Shown here: piece by piece, positions 56,201 through 64,000 of the stretch
Position numbering within the stretch: the stretch's first letter is position 1
How the letters are laid out: each line of letters opens with the position of its first letter
Assembly (NCBI GenBank): GCA_964545855.1
Contig: CAZJHD010000001.1
Span: 84,065-148,064, forward strand
DNA length: 64,000 nt
Origin: an uncultured Planctomycetales bacterium
Lineage (GTDB): Bacteria > Planctomycetota > UBA1135 > JACQFD01
Direction of reading: 5' to 3'
The notes under the pieces: model-generated
What the model was told of the DNA's origin: nothing
What the model saw: the letters and a program-made list of their open reading frames with translations, nothing else
Database searches by the model: none
Program-made: the position numbers and the translations under genes

Positions 56201-56410
56201 CACGGAGCCTCCCGTCGTGATGCGTCCGACCTCGCCCTCGAGCGTGCAGTAGAGGATCCTTCCTGCCGAATCCCGGGAGAGATCCACCACGGTCCCGCCG
56301 ACGGAAGCCAGGGTCCCGATCTGCGCTCGCGCGACACCCGCCGTGACGGACGCCATGGATGCGATGCAGAGACCGAGGATCAGGACGACGCGGGAGACCA
56401 TGTTGGGCAT
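53294..56410 (-). CDS. Secreted NHL-repeat beta-propeller protein (multiple propellers) with C-terminal beta-sandwich-like tail
   Basis: ATG 56410 gives the signal peptide MPNMVSRVVLILGLCIASMASVTAGVARA. The NHL-type units are DAAGNYVVAS, DTSGNVLMVAGGTVHRFD, DRNGDLLVGGD, DRDGNFWIANR, DVEGNVYTCSEDDFSVYKYE and DASGNFFVAAAFDGRAFRVD. The tail ends ...IILPNDPSLLGLKTFLDLAWISFDP.... Confidence 0.8.
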   Translation of the reverse strand: MPNMVSRVVLILGLCIASMASVTAGVARAQIGTLASVGGTVVDLSRDSAGRILYCTLEGEVGRITTGGSVSVLATAATGPFPQALRGVVETPTGDVAVVDSVGDIYRLPGGSTPALKVYSDLYMILEPTDLMVDAAGNYVVASQTPSSGTRALNWISGDGARWSYYLVKHLPVAMAADPLTGNLLMADSSGGGAIRIVDVADASHPTVPLDTITLAGFTPSAFDGDLAADTSGNVLMVAGGTVHRFDRAFTSSSPIATGLPALRGLAIAASSGSVPSASGWSAYVASGSTPTSIREIGNVGAPASVIAPSLGTVPNRGISVPVFFGMNTYELAADRNGDLLVGGDLWGAGFAVKRISTSTLALTTVASAAQGISGRVEGITVSSDGTIHALTSDGAIHRVVENPFQLTTVFADPLNQVVIGKDLALDRDGNFWIANRTGYGTGNLLNVSPAGTASSVLTTPETRGVCGDPFSGSILVSRWHNAGFVGTIDRYDPISGTLAPLPGFSGMNYSNAGVWGDGDAVVDVEGNVYTCSEDDFSVYKYERATGKLFRIASGYLDHLSGIAIARSTPGSGSTTGWSLFVSEFNYLWEIPSVPPAAPSMVDPSAPPLIRSAGSLSSALGTPRAVVKDPGGPSLLVSTSTGRIARVDPVTKFVATVAGAAQGLSGDLTALGVLSTGAIVTASRNGMVYRVDPFAGWAVSLLYSNPGGTLTNVRGLAVDGLDRIILCETQTAATVGRLHRLDGGVLTTIAFTARCIRAAVDPLTADLFVTERGSVAENVGEILRVETLSSPVAAGHFRHSTFTTYRLAADDGGICFDASGNFFVAAAFDGRAFRVDRATGTRTIAQGNHFFPVGAVLATGTAGVASPQGTSLFVLDGATLWERGVSGVPAGAPPSTNPGLAGPADLRVHGSAVLGASTSVTIRSPADANRLYLAVASLSGKIPGLPLGPIFGTNDPRAIPNNPDDVWGLVNYPSILPDFVNTLDASGASPATMSIILPNDPSLLGLKTFLDLAWISFDPAATSGVATVGGTAQLYLGN

Positions 56411-56557
56411 CGAGGGTGGATCGAAGGGGTGCAAGGATGCCGGGAAGGGTCCAGCGGGGCTACCCACGCGTGCGTCTCGGAAGGAGTTTCCCGCCGGGCG
56501 GTCGCTCGGCGTGGGACGCCGGAACGGGGCTTGCCCGCGCCGGGGGACCCGGAGCCG

Positions 56558-57733
56558 CTACGGGGAATCCGTGTCGCCTGCGCTCCCCGCGTCCGACGAG
56601 GCCCCGGAGGAACGGCTGCGCAAGCGCTCGAGGCCGCGCCGGGCGAGGAACGCCAGGCGGCCTCGCAGGCTCGGCAGCGAGAAGGCGATGGTCCGACAGG
56701 GGCGGAGCGTGCCGCCCCAGTCCTCCTTGTGGCGGGCCGCGCCGGCCATGAAGTCGTAGTGCCGGAGGCCCTCCTCGATCAGCGAGTGCACGACCATCCC
56801 GCGGAGAGCCACGCCCACGCGCCGGTCGGCGAAGTCGGGATGGAAGCCCTCCTGGAGCTGGTAGTACGCGTCGCCAGCAACCGCTCCGATCTGGTAGGCG
56901 ACGGGGTCTCCTGCGACGTCGAGGCGGGCGAATCGCAACGCGCCCCGGGACAGGAGATCGGAGGCGAGCCGACGGTAGAACCGGCGTCGCGCCTCGCCCT
57001 GGAAGCTCCCCGTTCGACCGGCGGCGCTCCAGCGCAGCCCGTGGAGCAAGAAGAGCCCGTCGAGGTCCTGGTCGAGGCGTGCGGCGTCGTCGCACCAGAC
57101 GAGACGCGCGCCCAGCTCCCTGGTCGATCGCATCGCGGAGCGCACCTTGCTCCGCATGCGCGAGCGGAGGCCGCCGAGGTACTCCTCGAAGCCGCCCGGC
57201 AGGCTCGCGCGGAGGCATGGCACGTCGAGCTCCCGCGTCGGGAGCGACCGCTGCGCGAGGACGCGACGCAACGCCACACTCGTCGGCGAGTCCTCGGGCG
57301 CTCCGGAGAGGACCACCGCGTGCAGGTCCCGTCGTCCGGCGAGGGCGGCGATCGCGAGCGCGATCACCTCGTCCTCGAATCCCTCGACGATGGGGAACCC
57401 GAGGTAGTCGGAGTCGAAGGTGCCGTCCGCGACGTGGATCGCGCGCCGGAGCCGCAGGAAGCCGCGGGAGGGCTCGACGCGGAAGGGGAGAACGGCGACG
57501 GGCCCTTCCGCGGCGCTCTCGACGGTCCAGCCGAAGATCGTGGCGGGATCGACGCAGCTCGAGGCGTAGGCCTCCGCCCACTCCCCCGAGTTGCAGAGCG
57601 GATCGAGACGGGCCCGGCGCAGCACGGCGCTCCAGGCAGGAAGCTCCGACCTCAGGCCGTCGAGCCCCGTCCAGGGGCGCAGCCGGAGCGGCGCGGCTCG
57701 GTCGGCGGAGGGAGGGCGGATCGGCTCAGGCAC
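56558..57733 (-). CDS. GNAT acetyltransferase of the CelD/BioF2-like (Acetyltransf_6, FemAB-related) type
   Basis: 391 aa. Motifs: LFLLHGLRWSAAGRTGSF, RRFYRRLA, ARLDVAGDPVAYQIG, YYQLQEGFHPDFADRRVGVAL, GLRHYDFMAG..HKEDWG. Confidence 0.8.
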   Translation of the reverse strand: MPEPIRPPSADRAAPLRLRPWTGLDGLRSELPAWSAVLRRARLDPLCNSGEWAEAYASSCVDPATIFGWTVESAAEGPVAVLPFRVEPSRGFLRLRRAIHVADGTFDSDYLGFPIVEGFEDEVIALAIAALAGRRDLHAVVLSGAPEDSPTSVALRRVLAQRSLPTRELDVPCLRASLPGGFEEYLGGLRSRMRSKVRSAMRSTRELGARLVWCDDAARLDQDLDGLFLLHGLRWSAAGRTGSFQGEARRRFYRRLASDLLSRGALRFARLDVAGDPVAYQIGAVAGDAYYQLQEGFHPDFADRRVGVALRGMVVHSLIEEGLRHYDFMAGAARHKEDWGGTLRPCRTIAFSLPSLRGRLAFLARRGLERLRSRSSGASSDAGSAGDTDSP

Positions 57734-57886
57734 GGTCGCGGTCGTCGAGATCGGGCTCCGCTCCGTGTCGTGCGCCGACCGCTGGCCGCGGCGACGTCGT
57801 CGAGGGAGCCCGATCGTCGCGGCGCGCCCGCGGCACGCCGCGGCGTCGCGCTTCCGGAGCGCCGAGGAGGCTCGTCCGCGCGGCGA

Positions 57887-59221
57887 TCAGGCGTAGAGCC
57901 CGCGGATCGTCGTGAACCGCGCGGTCCGATCGACACCGAGCATGTAGGCAGCGATGCGCGTGGAGACTCCGAACTTCTCCTGGTAGGCGACGACCTCCTT
58001 GAAGGCCGCCGTCATCATTTCCTCGAGCCGCTCGTTCACGAGCTTCTCGCTCCAGAAGTAGCCCTCGCGGTCCTGCACCCACTCGAAGTAGGAGACGGTG
58101 ACGCCGCCCGCGTTCGCGAGGATGTCGGGAACGACCATGACCCCCTTCGACTCGAGGATCTTGTCGGCGGAGGCCGCCGTGGGTCCGTTCGCTCCCTCGA
58201 CGATCAGCTTGGCCTGGATGCGACTCGCATTGGCGGACGTGATCTGCGACTCCGTCGCCGCGGGCACGAGGACGTCGCACTCGAGCTCCAGGAGCTCCGG
58301 GTTCGTGACCTTCTCCGCCTCGGTGTAGTCCTGGAGCGTGCGCTTCGTGCGCAGGTGGTCCATCACCTTCGGCACGTGCAGGCCCTTCGGGTCGTAGATG
58401 CCGCAGTGCATGTCGGAGATGCCCACCACCTTGTATCCGAGCGCATGGAATCGCTCGGCGGCGATGCCACCGACGTTGCCCGCGCCCTGGATCACGACGG
58501 AGGCGGACTTCGCCTTCGAGATGTTCCACTTCGCGATCGCCTCGCGCGCGACGAACTCGACGCCGAAGCCCGTCGCCGTCCGCCGGCCCGCGGATCCGCC
58601 GAGGCCGACGGGCTTGCCGGTCACGACGGCGGTCACCGAGTAGCGCTTCTGCATGGAGTAGGTGTCCATCACCCACGCCATCGTCTGCTCGTTCGTGTTC
58701 ATGTCGGGCGCCGGCACGTCGCGGTTCGGCCCGATGATGTCGGCGATGGCGGAGGTGTAGCGCCGCGTGAGGCGCTCCAGCTCTCCGGCCGACATCCTCA
58801 GCGGATCGCAGATCACTCCGCCCTTCGCGCCGCCGAAGGGGACGTTCACGACGGCGCATTTCCAGGTCATCCACGCGGCGAGCGCACGCACCTCGTCGAT
58901 CGTGACGTTGGGCGCGTACCGGATGCCGCCCTTGTAGGGACCCCGGGCGATGTTGTGCTGCACCCGGTAGCCGATGAAGACGCGGACCTTCCCGTCGTCC
59001 ATCCTCACCGGCAGCGACACGGTGAGCTCGCGGTCGGGGACGCGCAGGATCGCGTAGATGTCCGGGTCGAGCTGCAGCTTCTCCGCCGCGAGGTCGAACC
59101 GCGCGAGCATCGATTCGAAGGGGTTCTCCTCGGCGAGGCGGGGGAGCTCGACTCCGAACCGGGCCTGGGCGTGAGCGGGGGACGGCGGCGTCGGGGGATT
59201 CGGAGGCGTCGGAGCAGGCAT
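57887..59221 (-). CDS. gdhA: Glu/Leu/Phe/Val-family glutamate dehydrogenase
   Basis: ATG 59221 is codon 51 of ORF 57887..59371. Motifs: [36 protein letters not shown] and ANGPT. The N-terminus is Pro-rich ([14 protein letters not shown]). Confidence 0.93.
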   Translation of the reverse strand: MPAPTPPNPPTPPSPAHAQARFGVELPRLAEENPFESMLARFDLAAEKLQLDPDIYAILRVPDRELTVSLPVRMDDGKVRVFIGYRVQHNIARGPYKGGIRYAPNVTIDEVRALAAWMTWKCAVVNVPFGGAKGGVICDPLRMSAGELERLTRRYTSAIADIIGPNRDVPAPDMNTNEQTMAWVMDTYSMQKRYSVTAVVTGKPVGLGGSAGRRTATGFGVEFVAREAIAKWNISKAKSASVVIQGAGNVGGIAAERFHALGYKVVGISDMHCGIYDPKGLHVPKVMDHLRTKRTLQDYTEAEKVTNPELLELECDVLVPAATESQITSANASRIQAKLIVEGANGPTAASADKILESKGVMVVPDILANAGGVTVSYFEWVQDREGYFWSEKLVNERLEEMMTAAFKEVVAYQEKFGVSTRIAAYMLGVDRTARFTTIRGLYA

Positions 59222-59407
59222 GCGCAGGAGTGCCCGTCGTCGGAGGGGACGGGCGCGGGACGAGGGGCGAGAAGGGTATCCGCGTGCTGCAAGCCCGTCC
59301 ACGAGCGCGCGATCGTCGAACGCGTGCGCACGCGACGAAGGGGGTCGTAGCAGCCGCCCCTTCGCGCTCACCTATACTCGGCGCGATCCCGAACCCGGAG
59401 GTATCCC

Positions 59408-60106
59408 ATGACGATCCGTCTCCTGTCCCTCTCGCTCGCTTCCCTACTCCTCGCCTCCGTCGCGGGGGCGGCCGTCCTCGCGGGCGGCGTGGGCACCGAC
59501 GATCCCGCCAAGAAGCAGGAGCCCCGCGAGCCCGCCGCCAGCAAGCAGGAGCCCGACGCGCGCGCCGTGACGATTCCCTTCTTCGGGAACAAGAACTGCC
59601 CCGTCTCCGGCGAGGCGATCGACCGCACGGCGGTCCTCGAGCTCGAGGGGCAGCCCGTCTACTTCTGCTGCAAGAAGTGCGTCGCCAAGGGCAAGGACGA
59701 TCCCAAGGCGATGCTCGCGAAGGCCTATCCGGCGGACAAGGTGGTGGATCTGAAGAACACCATGTGCCCGGTGATGGCGGAGCCCGTCGGAGACGCGACG
59801 GACACCGTCACGGTGATGGGCCGCAAGATGCGGCTGTGCTGCGACGGCTGCGCCGAGGACGTGGTCGCGCACCCCGTCGCGATGCTGGCGCGGCTCGAGA
59901 ACCCGAAGCTCGTCGATCTGGAGAACAAGACCTGTCCGATCTCCGAGAAGCCGGCCTTCGGGAAGTTCGTCGCCGTCTACCAGGGGAAGATGATGCGTCT
60001 CTGCGGAGACGCCTGCGTCGAGAAGGTGCGCAAGGACCCGGAGAAGGCCCTCGCCGCCGCCTCCAAGAAGGAGGACAAGCGCAAGGACGAGAAGAAGCAC
60101 CACTGA
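59408..60106 (+). CDS. Secreted protein with three tandem YHS/TRASH-like Cys-rich metal-binding repeats and a Lys-rich tail
   Basis: Signal MTIRLLSLSLASLLLASVAGAA. There are three repeats of N(K/T)xCP(V/I)(S/M)...(12-20 aa)...(Y/R/M)(F/L)C(C/G)xxC......P......, namely NKNCPVSGE...YFCCKKC, NTMCPVMAE...RLCCDGC and NKTCPISEK...RLCGDAC. GGAGG lies 8 nt upstream of the ATG. Confidence 0.7.
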   Translation: MTIRLLSLSLASLLLASVAGAAVLAGGVGTDDPAKKQEPREPAASKQEPDARAVTIPFFGNKNCPVSGEAIDRTAVLELEGQPVYFCCKKCVAKGKDDPKAMLAKAYPADKVVDLKNTMCPVMAEPVGDATDTVTVMGRKMRLCCDGCAEDVVAHPVAMLARLENPKLVDLENKTCPISEKPAFGKFVAVYQGKMMRLCGDACVEKVRKDPEKALAAASKKEDKRKDEKKHH

Positions 60107-60138
60107 TCGCGGACCCTTGCCTTCGGCCCACGGCGGGC

Positions 60139-61728
60139 TCACCACGCCGAGAGGAGCCTCGGCCTTCCCCAGACGGCGAAGGACGGGGCTCCTCGCACGG
60201 ACAGCTCCAGCGAGACGGGCGATCCGAGGTCCACGGGAAGTTGGACGGCGGCGGGGGCCACGGGGCACCACGGGGAATCGTCGCGCGCGGTGAGGTCGGC
60301 CTCGTGGAGGAGACGCCGCTCTCCGGAAGGGCCCGTCCCGTGGATCTCGAAGCGAACGGGCCCGACCTCCTTCGCCGGCCCGTCGCCCACGGGCCCTTCC
60401 CGGACGTTTGCGTCGGGCCGAGTCAGGAAGGACATCTCGACCTCCAGGTCCTGGCGCTCGGTGCAGTCGACGGGAGGGAAGACGATGCGCGAGGGCGACG
60501 GCACGACCAGCACGACGGGATCGAGGGCGTCGAAGGTCTCCGCGGGAACCGGAGCCAGGGGATCCCCGGCCTCCGTGCGAGCCGACGCGAGGAGAGGTTT
60601 CAGATCGAGCTGGATCGGAGCGAGGTCGGAGGGAGGAATCGGGTCGAGGCCGGGGAAGCTCGATGCGCAGATCTCTCGACGAATCCCGCGCGCGAGGAGC
60701 AAGTGGCCGACGCGTGAAGGATGGATGAGGTCCACGAACAGCACGTCGTCCGGCAGCCCGGTCTCTCGCAATCGCGCTCGGGCGTCGAAGGTGGGCGCTC
60801 CTCGCGCGTGCCCCACGGCGCGAATTCGCTCCGCGTAGATCTCTCCGTCCTCGAATCGATCGGAGGTCGAACGAGGTGCCGGCGGGACGACGAGCACCGG
60901 GAGGGCGCCGACGGCGGCGATTCGATCGAGGATCGCGACCAGCGTGTCCTCGAACTCCGTCGGGGTGAGGCGAGGGCCGTCGGGGCGCTCCTTCGCGCGA
61001 GCCCAGCCATCACGGTAGCTCTCCGCAATGCTGCTCGCGGGGCGCTCGGATCTCGATGCAAGGGTGTCGCGCAGGAGGCGATAGCTCCTCAGGCGATCGA
61101 GGAGGCCCACTCGCGAGAGCGCGCCGCGTCGCTCGTCGATTCGCTTCGCGGCCTCCAGGTCTCCCATGCGAACCGCAGGCGTGTAGTCGTTCCAGGCGCC
61201 GGCGTAGATCACCACCAGGTCGGGGCTGAGCGCGGGACCTCGATCCTCGAGGAGTCGGAGCATTTGCACCGCCGAGTATCCGGGCACACCGAGATTCAGG
61301 ACCTCCCAGTCGCCGTTCTCCCCGGAATCGAGCCAGCGCTGGAGTCTGCGCGCGTAGGTGTCCTGTCCTTCGACTCCGATCCCGAATGTGCTGGAGTCGC
61401 CCAAGCAGAGGAGGCGCCGCGTTCCGGCGCGCTTCGCGTCTCGGAATGCCGCGCCCCGAAAGCCCTGGGGACCGAGACGCTCCCGAAGGTCGGGAATCAT
61501 GGCCCCGGGTCGGAGGCTCCAGAAGAGGCGGTCGTCCCACTGGAGAGGAAAGACGCCGCCGAACTGCGCCCCGACGAACTCGACCGGCGGTTCCGGAGGC
61601 CTTCGGGGAGCCGCGCCGAGCAGCGCGAGGCTGCTCTCCAGCAGCGACAGCAGGACCAAGTTCGTGATCGCCCCGAAGGCGAGCTTCCGCCGGAGGCTCG
61701 CTCCGCTCCGTCCGCGCTCGGCTGCCAC
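60139..61728 (-). CDS. SGNH/GDSL hydrolase-family protein with N-terminal TM anchor and unassigned C-terminal domain
   Basis: 529 aa. The TM segment is LAFGAITNLVLLSLLESSLALLGA. Block I is LLCLGDSSTFG and block V is DLIHPSRVGH. The last ~190 aa are unassigned. Confidence 0.8.
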   Translation of the reverse strand: MAAERGRSGASLRRKLAFGAITNLVLLSLLESSLALLGAAPRRPPEPPVEFVGAQFGGVFPLQWDDRLFWSLRPGAMIPDLRERLGPQGFRGAAFRDAKRAGTRRLLCLGDSSTFGIGVEGQDTYARRLQRWLDSGENGDWEVLNLGVPGYSAVQMLRLLEDRGPALSPDLVVIYAGAWNDYTPAVRMGDLEAAKRIDERRGALSRVGLLDRLRSYRLLRDTLASRSERPASSIAESYRDGWARAKERPDGPRLTPTEFEDTLVAILDRIAAVGALPVLVVPPAPRSTSDRFEDGEIYAERIRAVGHARGAPTFDARARLRETGLPDDVLFVDLIHPSRVGHLLLARGIRREICASSFPGLDPIPPSDLAPIQLDLKPLLASARTEAGDPLAPVPAETFDALDPVVLVVPSPSRIVFPPVDCTERQDLEVEMSFLTRPDANVREGPVGDGPAKEVGPVRFEIHGTGPSGERRLLHEADLTARDDSPWCPVAPAAVQLPVDLGSPVSLELSVRGAPSFAVWGRPRLLSAW

Positions 61729-61744
61729 GTCCGCCTGGCCTCCT

Positions 61745-61891
61745 TCAGAAAAGGGGGTAGACGAAGGCCGGGGCGGCCTCCTCGAGCCAGGCCGCGAGGG
61801 CCAGGATCGCGAGGAGGACGAGGAACGGGGCGAGCCACCACCGGACGTCGTGGCGGACGAACCGCAGGTAGTCGGTCAGGATCGAGCGCAT
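61745..61891 (-). CDS. DUF5989-like small membrane protein (48 aa)
   Basis: The internal ATG 61891 of ORF 61745..62014 gives MRSILTDYLRFVRHDVRWWLAPFLVLLAILALAAWLEEAAPAFVYPLF. This matches the remembered family pattern (...KKWWLxPIxxxLxLLGxLxxxxxxSAxAPFIYTLF). The gene ends 16 nt upstream of the SGNH gene start. Confidence 0.65.
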   Translation of the reverse strand: MRSILTDYLRFVRHDVRWWLAPFLVLLAILALAAWLEEAAPAFVYPLF

Positions 61892-62181
61892 CTCGTTGTC
61901 TCGAACCAGCCTAATCGCGCCAACGCTCACCTCGCACCTTCGTAGCGGGCCCCGCGATTCGGCTCCCGGCTCTCCGTTCAGGGAGCCGGGGACGCTGCCT
62001 CTGGCGCGGCCCATAGCGGCGGTGCCGGTGAAGCCACGATCGTGGAAGACCGCGTAGACTCGAAGCAGTCGGTGATCGCCGCTCTCCCGTCCGCTATTCG
62101 AACCCCTGCCTTGACACCCGCTGCCACCTCTCGGACGACGCGTCGGCCGAAGATCTCCAGCTCACTGAGGACACGAAGCAC

Positions 62182-63741
62182 ATGAAGGGACTCCTCGCAT
62201 CGATCTTGGCTCTTTCGGCGACCGGCACGGCCCTGGCGCAGGGCACGAACAATGCGAACGCCATCGGCATGTGGCGTTCCGACACCCTGAGCTACACGGC
62301 GTGGTTCATCGCGAACGTGCCCGCGGGTCAGTCGGGCAACAGCGTCTGGGCCGTGCTCCCGCCGGACGTCCTCACCTACTTCAAGCCGCAGCTTCCGGGC
62401 GGTGGGAACGGAGCCCGCGAGCTCGATTTCCGCGGCTTCGAGTTCAAGATCGTCTCTCCGGCGAATCCGACGGGCGCCTCCGTCTCGCATCTCGTCCCTC
62501 CGATCGAGCTGCGCCGCGCGATCCAAGCGCCTTCGCCCAATGAAGGGCGATACATCCCCGACACGACTCCCGGGGGACTCTTCGCGACCTTCACGGGTGC
62601 CGCGAACTTCGTCGTCGCGGCGAACACGACCGGACTCGGACTGAGCATCCGGAACTTCACGCTCACCACGGCGAACGCGGTTCCGGTGCCGGCGGGCAGC
62701 CCGCAGGGTGACGGCCTCTGCTTCCGGATGATCGACTACATGAAGCAGTTCGGTTCCACGGCGACGACGCCGAACTCGCTCATGATGGCGATGGTGAACA
62801 CGGAGAGCGGACCCACGACGGGGAAGTCGTTCTCGGGTCAGACCTCGGTCGCGGGCGGGAACCTCAACATCGACCAGGGCGGGCTCGAGTTCGCCGTGAC
62901 GTTCCTCTTCGAGCAGTCGATGATCGCTCCCTACAAGAACGTGAAGCAGCTCGCTCCGGGAGCAGCGATCCCCGGAGCCGGGACGCTGCCGCCGGCGGTG
63001 ATCGTCGGCCTCACGGGCGACGACGGCCGGGGTGCGCTCAGCCCCGTGCCCGGCGACGTCATCTCCTTCATGGTGAATTCGAACTTCACCGACAAGCTCG
63101 GTCCCGCGCAGACCGGGAACGTCTGGGTCATCCCGTTCTTCATGTACGAGGGCGACATCGGCGCGGGACCCGCCGGCGATCCGATTCCCGAGGACTGGGT
63201 CGGGAACGGCGGAGCGTCGCAGCCGAGCTACATCCATCCGATGTCGCTGCAGCAGTGGTTCGAGGACGTGGCGACCGCCTTCGGACTCCAGCCGGGGATC
63301 GGCGGGCTCCTCAATCCCTCGAAGTCGACCCTGGGACTCTGGCTCGGCGTCGACCTCTCCATGGGGCTCCTGAACAACTCGGTCCTCGCGAACTCCTTCG
63401 CGCTCGGTGATGTCACGAATGGTCCGGCCTTCGCGGGCCCCGAGACGTCGATGTATGCGTTCCAAGGAGCTCCCGCCGGAACCTTCAGCCGCAATCTCGT
63501 GCGGTGGAACTCGACGATCGTCTCGGAGCACAAGAGCCTCCAGGTCCGTCAGCGGGGCTACTCGCCCGTCGTTCCGCTCGCGAACGGGTTCGTCGGCATC
63601 GGGGAGTACCCGATCGGCGTTCCGCAGCTCCTCGGTCAGGGCTTCTACCTGACGGCGTGGGTCCTCGACCTGGCGTCGCCCGTCACCGTCACGCCGGCGC
63701 ACCTCATCGACATGACGAACGTCCTGAAGATGACGCTCTGA
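62182..63741 (+). CDS. Secreted hypothetical protein (519 aa), no recognised domain
   Basis: Signal peptide MKGLLASILALSATGTALAQG. The composition is coherent and non-Arg-rich (Asn/Thr/Gly/Pro-rich). The antisense ORF 61978..63840 is Arg-rich noise. A hand sample of the first 100 nt gives ~64% GC. Confidence 0.7.
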   Translation: MKGLLASILALSATGTALAQGTNNANAIGMWRSDTLSYTAWFIANVPAGQSGNSVWAVLPPDVLTYFKPQLPGGGNGARELDFRGFEFKIVSPANPTGASVSHLVPPIELRRAIQAPSPNEGRYIPDTTPGGLFATFTGAANFVVAANTTGLGLSIRNFTLTTANAVPVPAGSPQGDGLCFRMIDYMKQFGSTATTPNSLMMAMVNTESGPTTGKSFSGQTSVAGGNLNIDQGGLEFAVTFLFEQSMIAPYKNVKQLAPGAAIPGAGTLPPAVIVGLTGDDGRGALSPVPGDVISFMVNSNFTDKLGPAQTGNVWVIPFFMYEGDIGAGPAGDPIPEDWVGNGGASQPSYIHPMSLQQWFEDVATAFGLQPGIGGLLNPSKSTLGLWLGVDLSMGLLNNSVLANSFALGDVTNGPAFAGPETSMYAFQGAPAGTFSRNLVRWNSTIVSEHKSLQVRQRGYSPVVPLANGFVGIGEYPIGVPQLLGQGFYLTAWVLDLASPVTVTPAHLIDMTNVLKMTL

Positions 63742-63920
63742 GCCACGACCCGCGCGGCAGCTCCCGCCGCGCGCCGAGTCCCCGAGCGCCGGAGGCCGCG
63801 GGCCCCGTGCGGAACCTGCCGCACGGGGCCCGTGGCGCATTCGGGCGGCACGCGCCGCGCAAGAGTCCTCGTCCAGGGGCTCGGACGACTTGCGGCTCGG
63901 GCTGGTAGTCTCGCGCCGCC

Positions 63921-64000
63921 ATGAAGCTCCAAGCGGAGCGCCTCTACGTCCGTTGTCCGAACTGGGTCGGCGACTTCGTGATGGCCACGCCGATCCTGCG
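63921..64000 (+). CDS. Glycosyltransferase family 9 (heptosyltransferase-like), N-terminal fragment cut by the window edge
   Basis: MKLQAERLYVRCPNWVGDFVMATPIL matches the GT9 N-terminal signature (..R.PNW(V/L)GD.VM.TPAL). Only 26 codons are visible. Confidence 0.55.
   Translation, partial: MKLQAERLYVRCPNWVGDFVMATPIL

Noticed and set aside
53684-59350. 1888-aa plus-strand ORF
   Set aside because: It is antisense to the NHL propeller, CelD-like acyltransferase and glutamate dehydrogenase genes. Its composition is Arg/Gly/Asp/Glu low-complexity, so it is a GC artefact.
62034-62125. 12-bp palindrome CCACGATCGTGG (62034-62045) and a TTGACA hexamer upstream of the 519-aa orphan gene, considered as operator and -35 box
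   Set aside because: Each occurs only once. No convincing -10 lies at the right spacing, and the promoter consensus for this lineage is unknown to me. I cannot support them as features.

Overview
The window is 64 kb of very GC-rich chromosome. Hand counts of 100-nt samples give about 73% GC in typical genes and about 63% in a few atypical ones. The gene content looks like a PVC-type, Planctomycetota-like bacterium, which is an inference from families I recognise: a DUF1080 lipoprotein, Tat-signal Gfo/Idh/MocA oxidoreductases, a multihaem cytochrome c paired with a beta-propeller 'dehydrogenase', GH92, and many lipobox or signal-peptide proteins. I can support about 46 CDS. Most of the long ORFs in the track are Arg/Ala/Gly/Pro-rich antisense or out-of-frame artefacts of the GC content. 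I saw no rRNA, tRNA, CRISPR array, transposase, integrase or phage genes. Housekeeping and accessory content includes a TauE/DUF1634 pair, an MFS + TIM-barrel + Gfo/Idh/MocA sugar operon, a CzcCBA-type metal efflux operon, ApbE, a PHP hydrolase, UspA, a Rieske oxygenase, a fused FAD-monooxygenase/OYE, an M1 aminopeptidase, an AlkB-like dioxygenase and glutamate dehydrogenase. Five things deserve a second look. (1) A same-strand array (11.9-26.2 kb) holds four large secreted propeller proteins (2 FG-GAP, 2 SBBP) followed by a tightly coupled penta-haem/PA14 cytochrome and another propeller. (2) A perfect (TC)18 microsatellite sits in the signal-peptide-coding 5' end of the first SBBP gene and looks like a three-state slipped-strand switch. 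(3) A conserved two-Cys C-terminal module of about 140 aa is shared by three of these otherwise unrelated proteins. (4) A tightly overlapped minus-strand operon (49.3-57.7 kb) embeds a 1039-aa NHL propeller among envelope or polysaccharide-modifying enzymes. (5) A family of intergenic palindromic elements shares a GGGGTC(A/T)GACCCC core. I ran no database search or computation. Start codons are inferred from frames, signal peptides and the recurrent 4-nt start/stop overlaps, and are less certain than stop positions.
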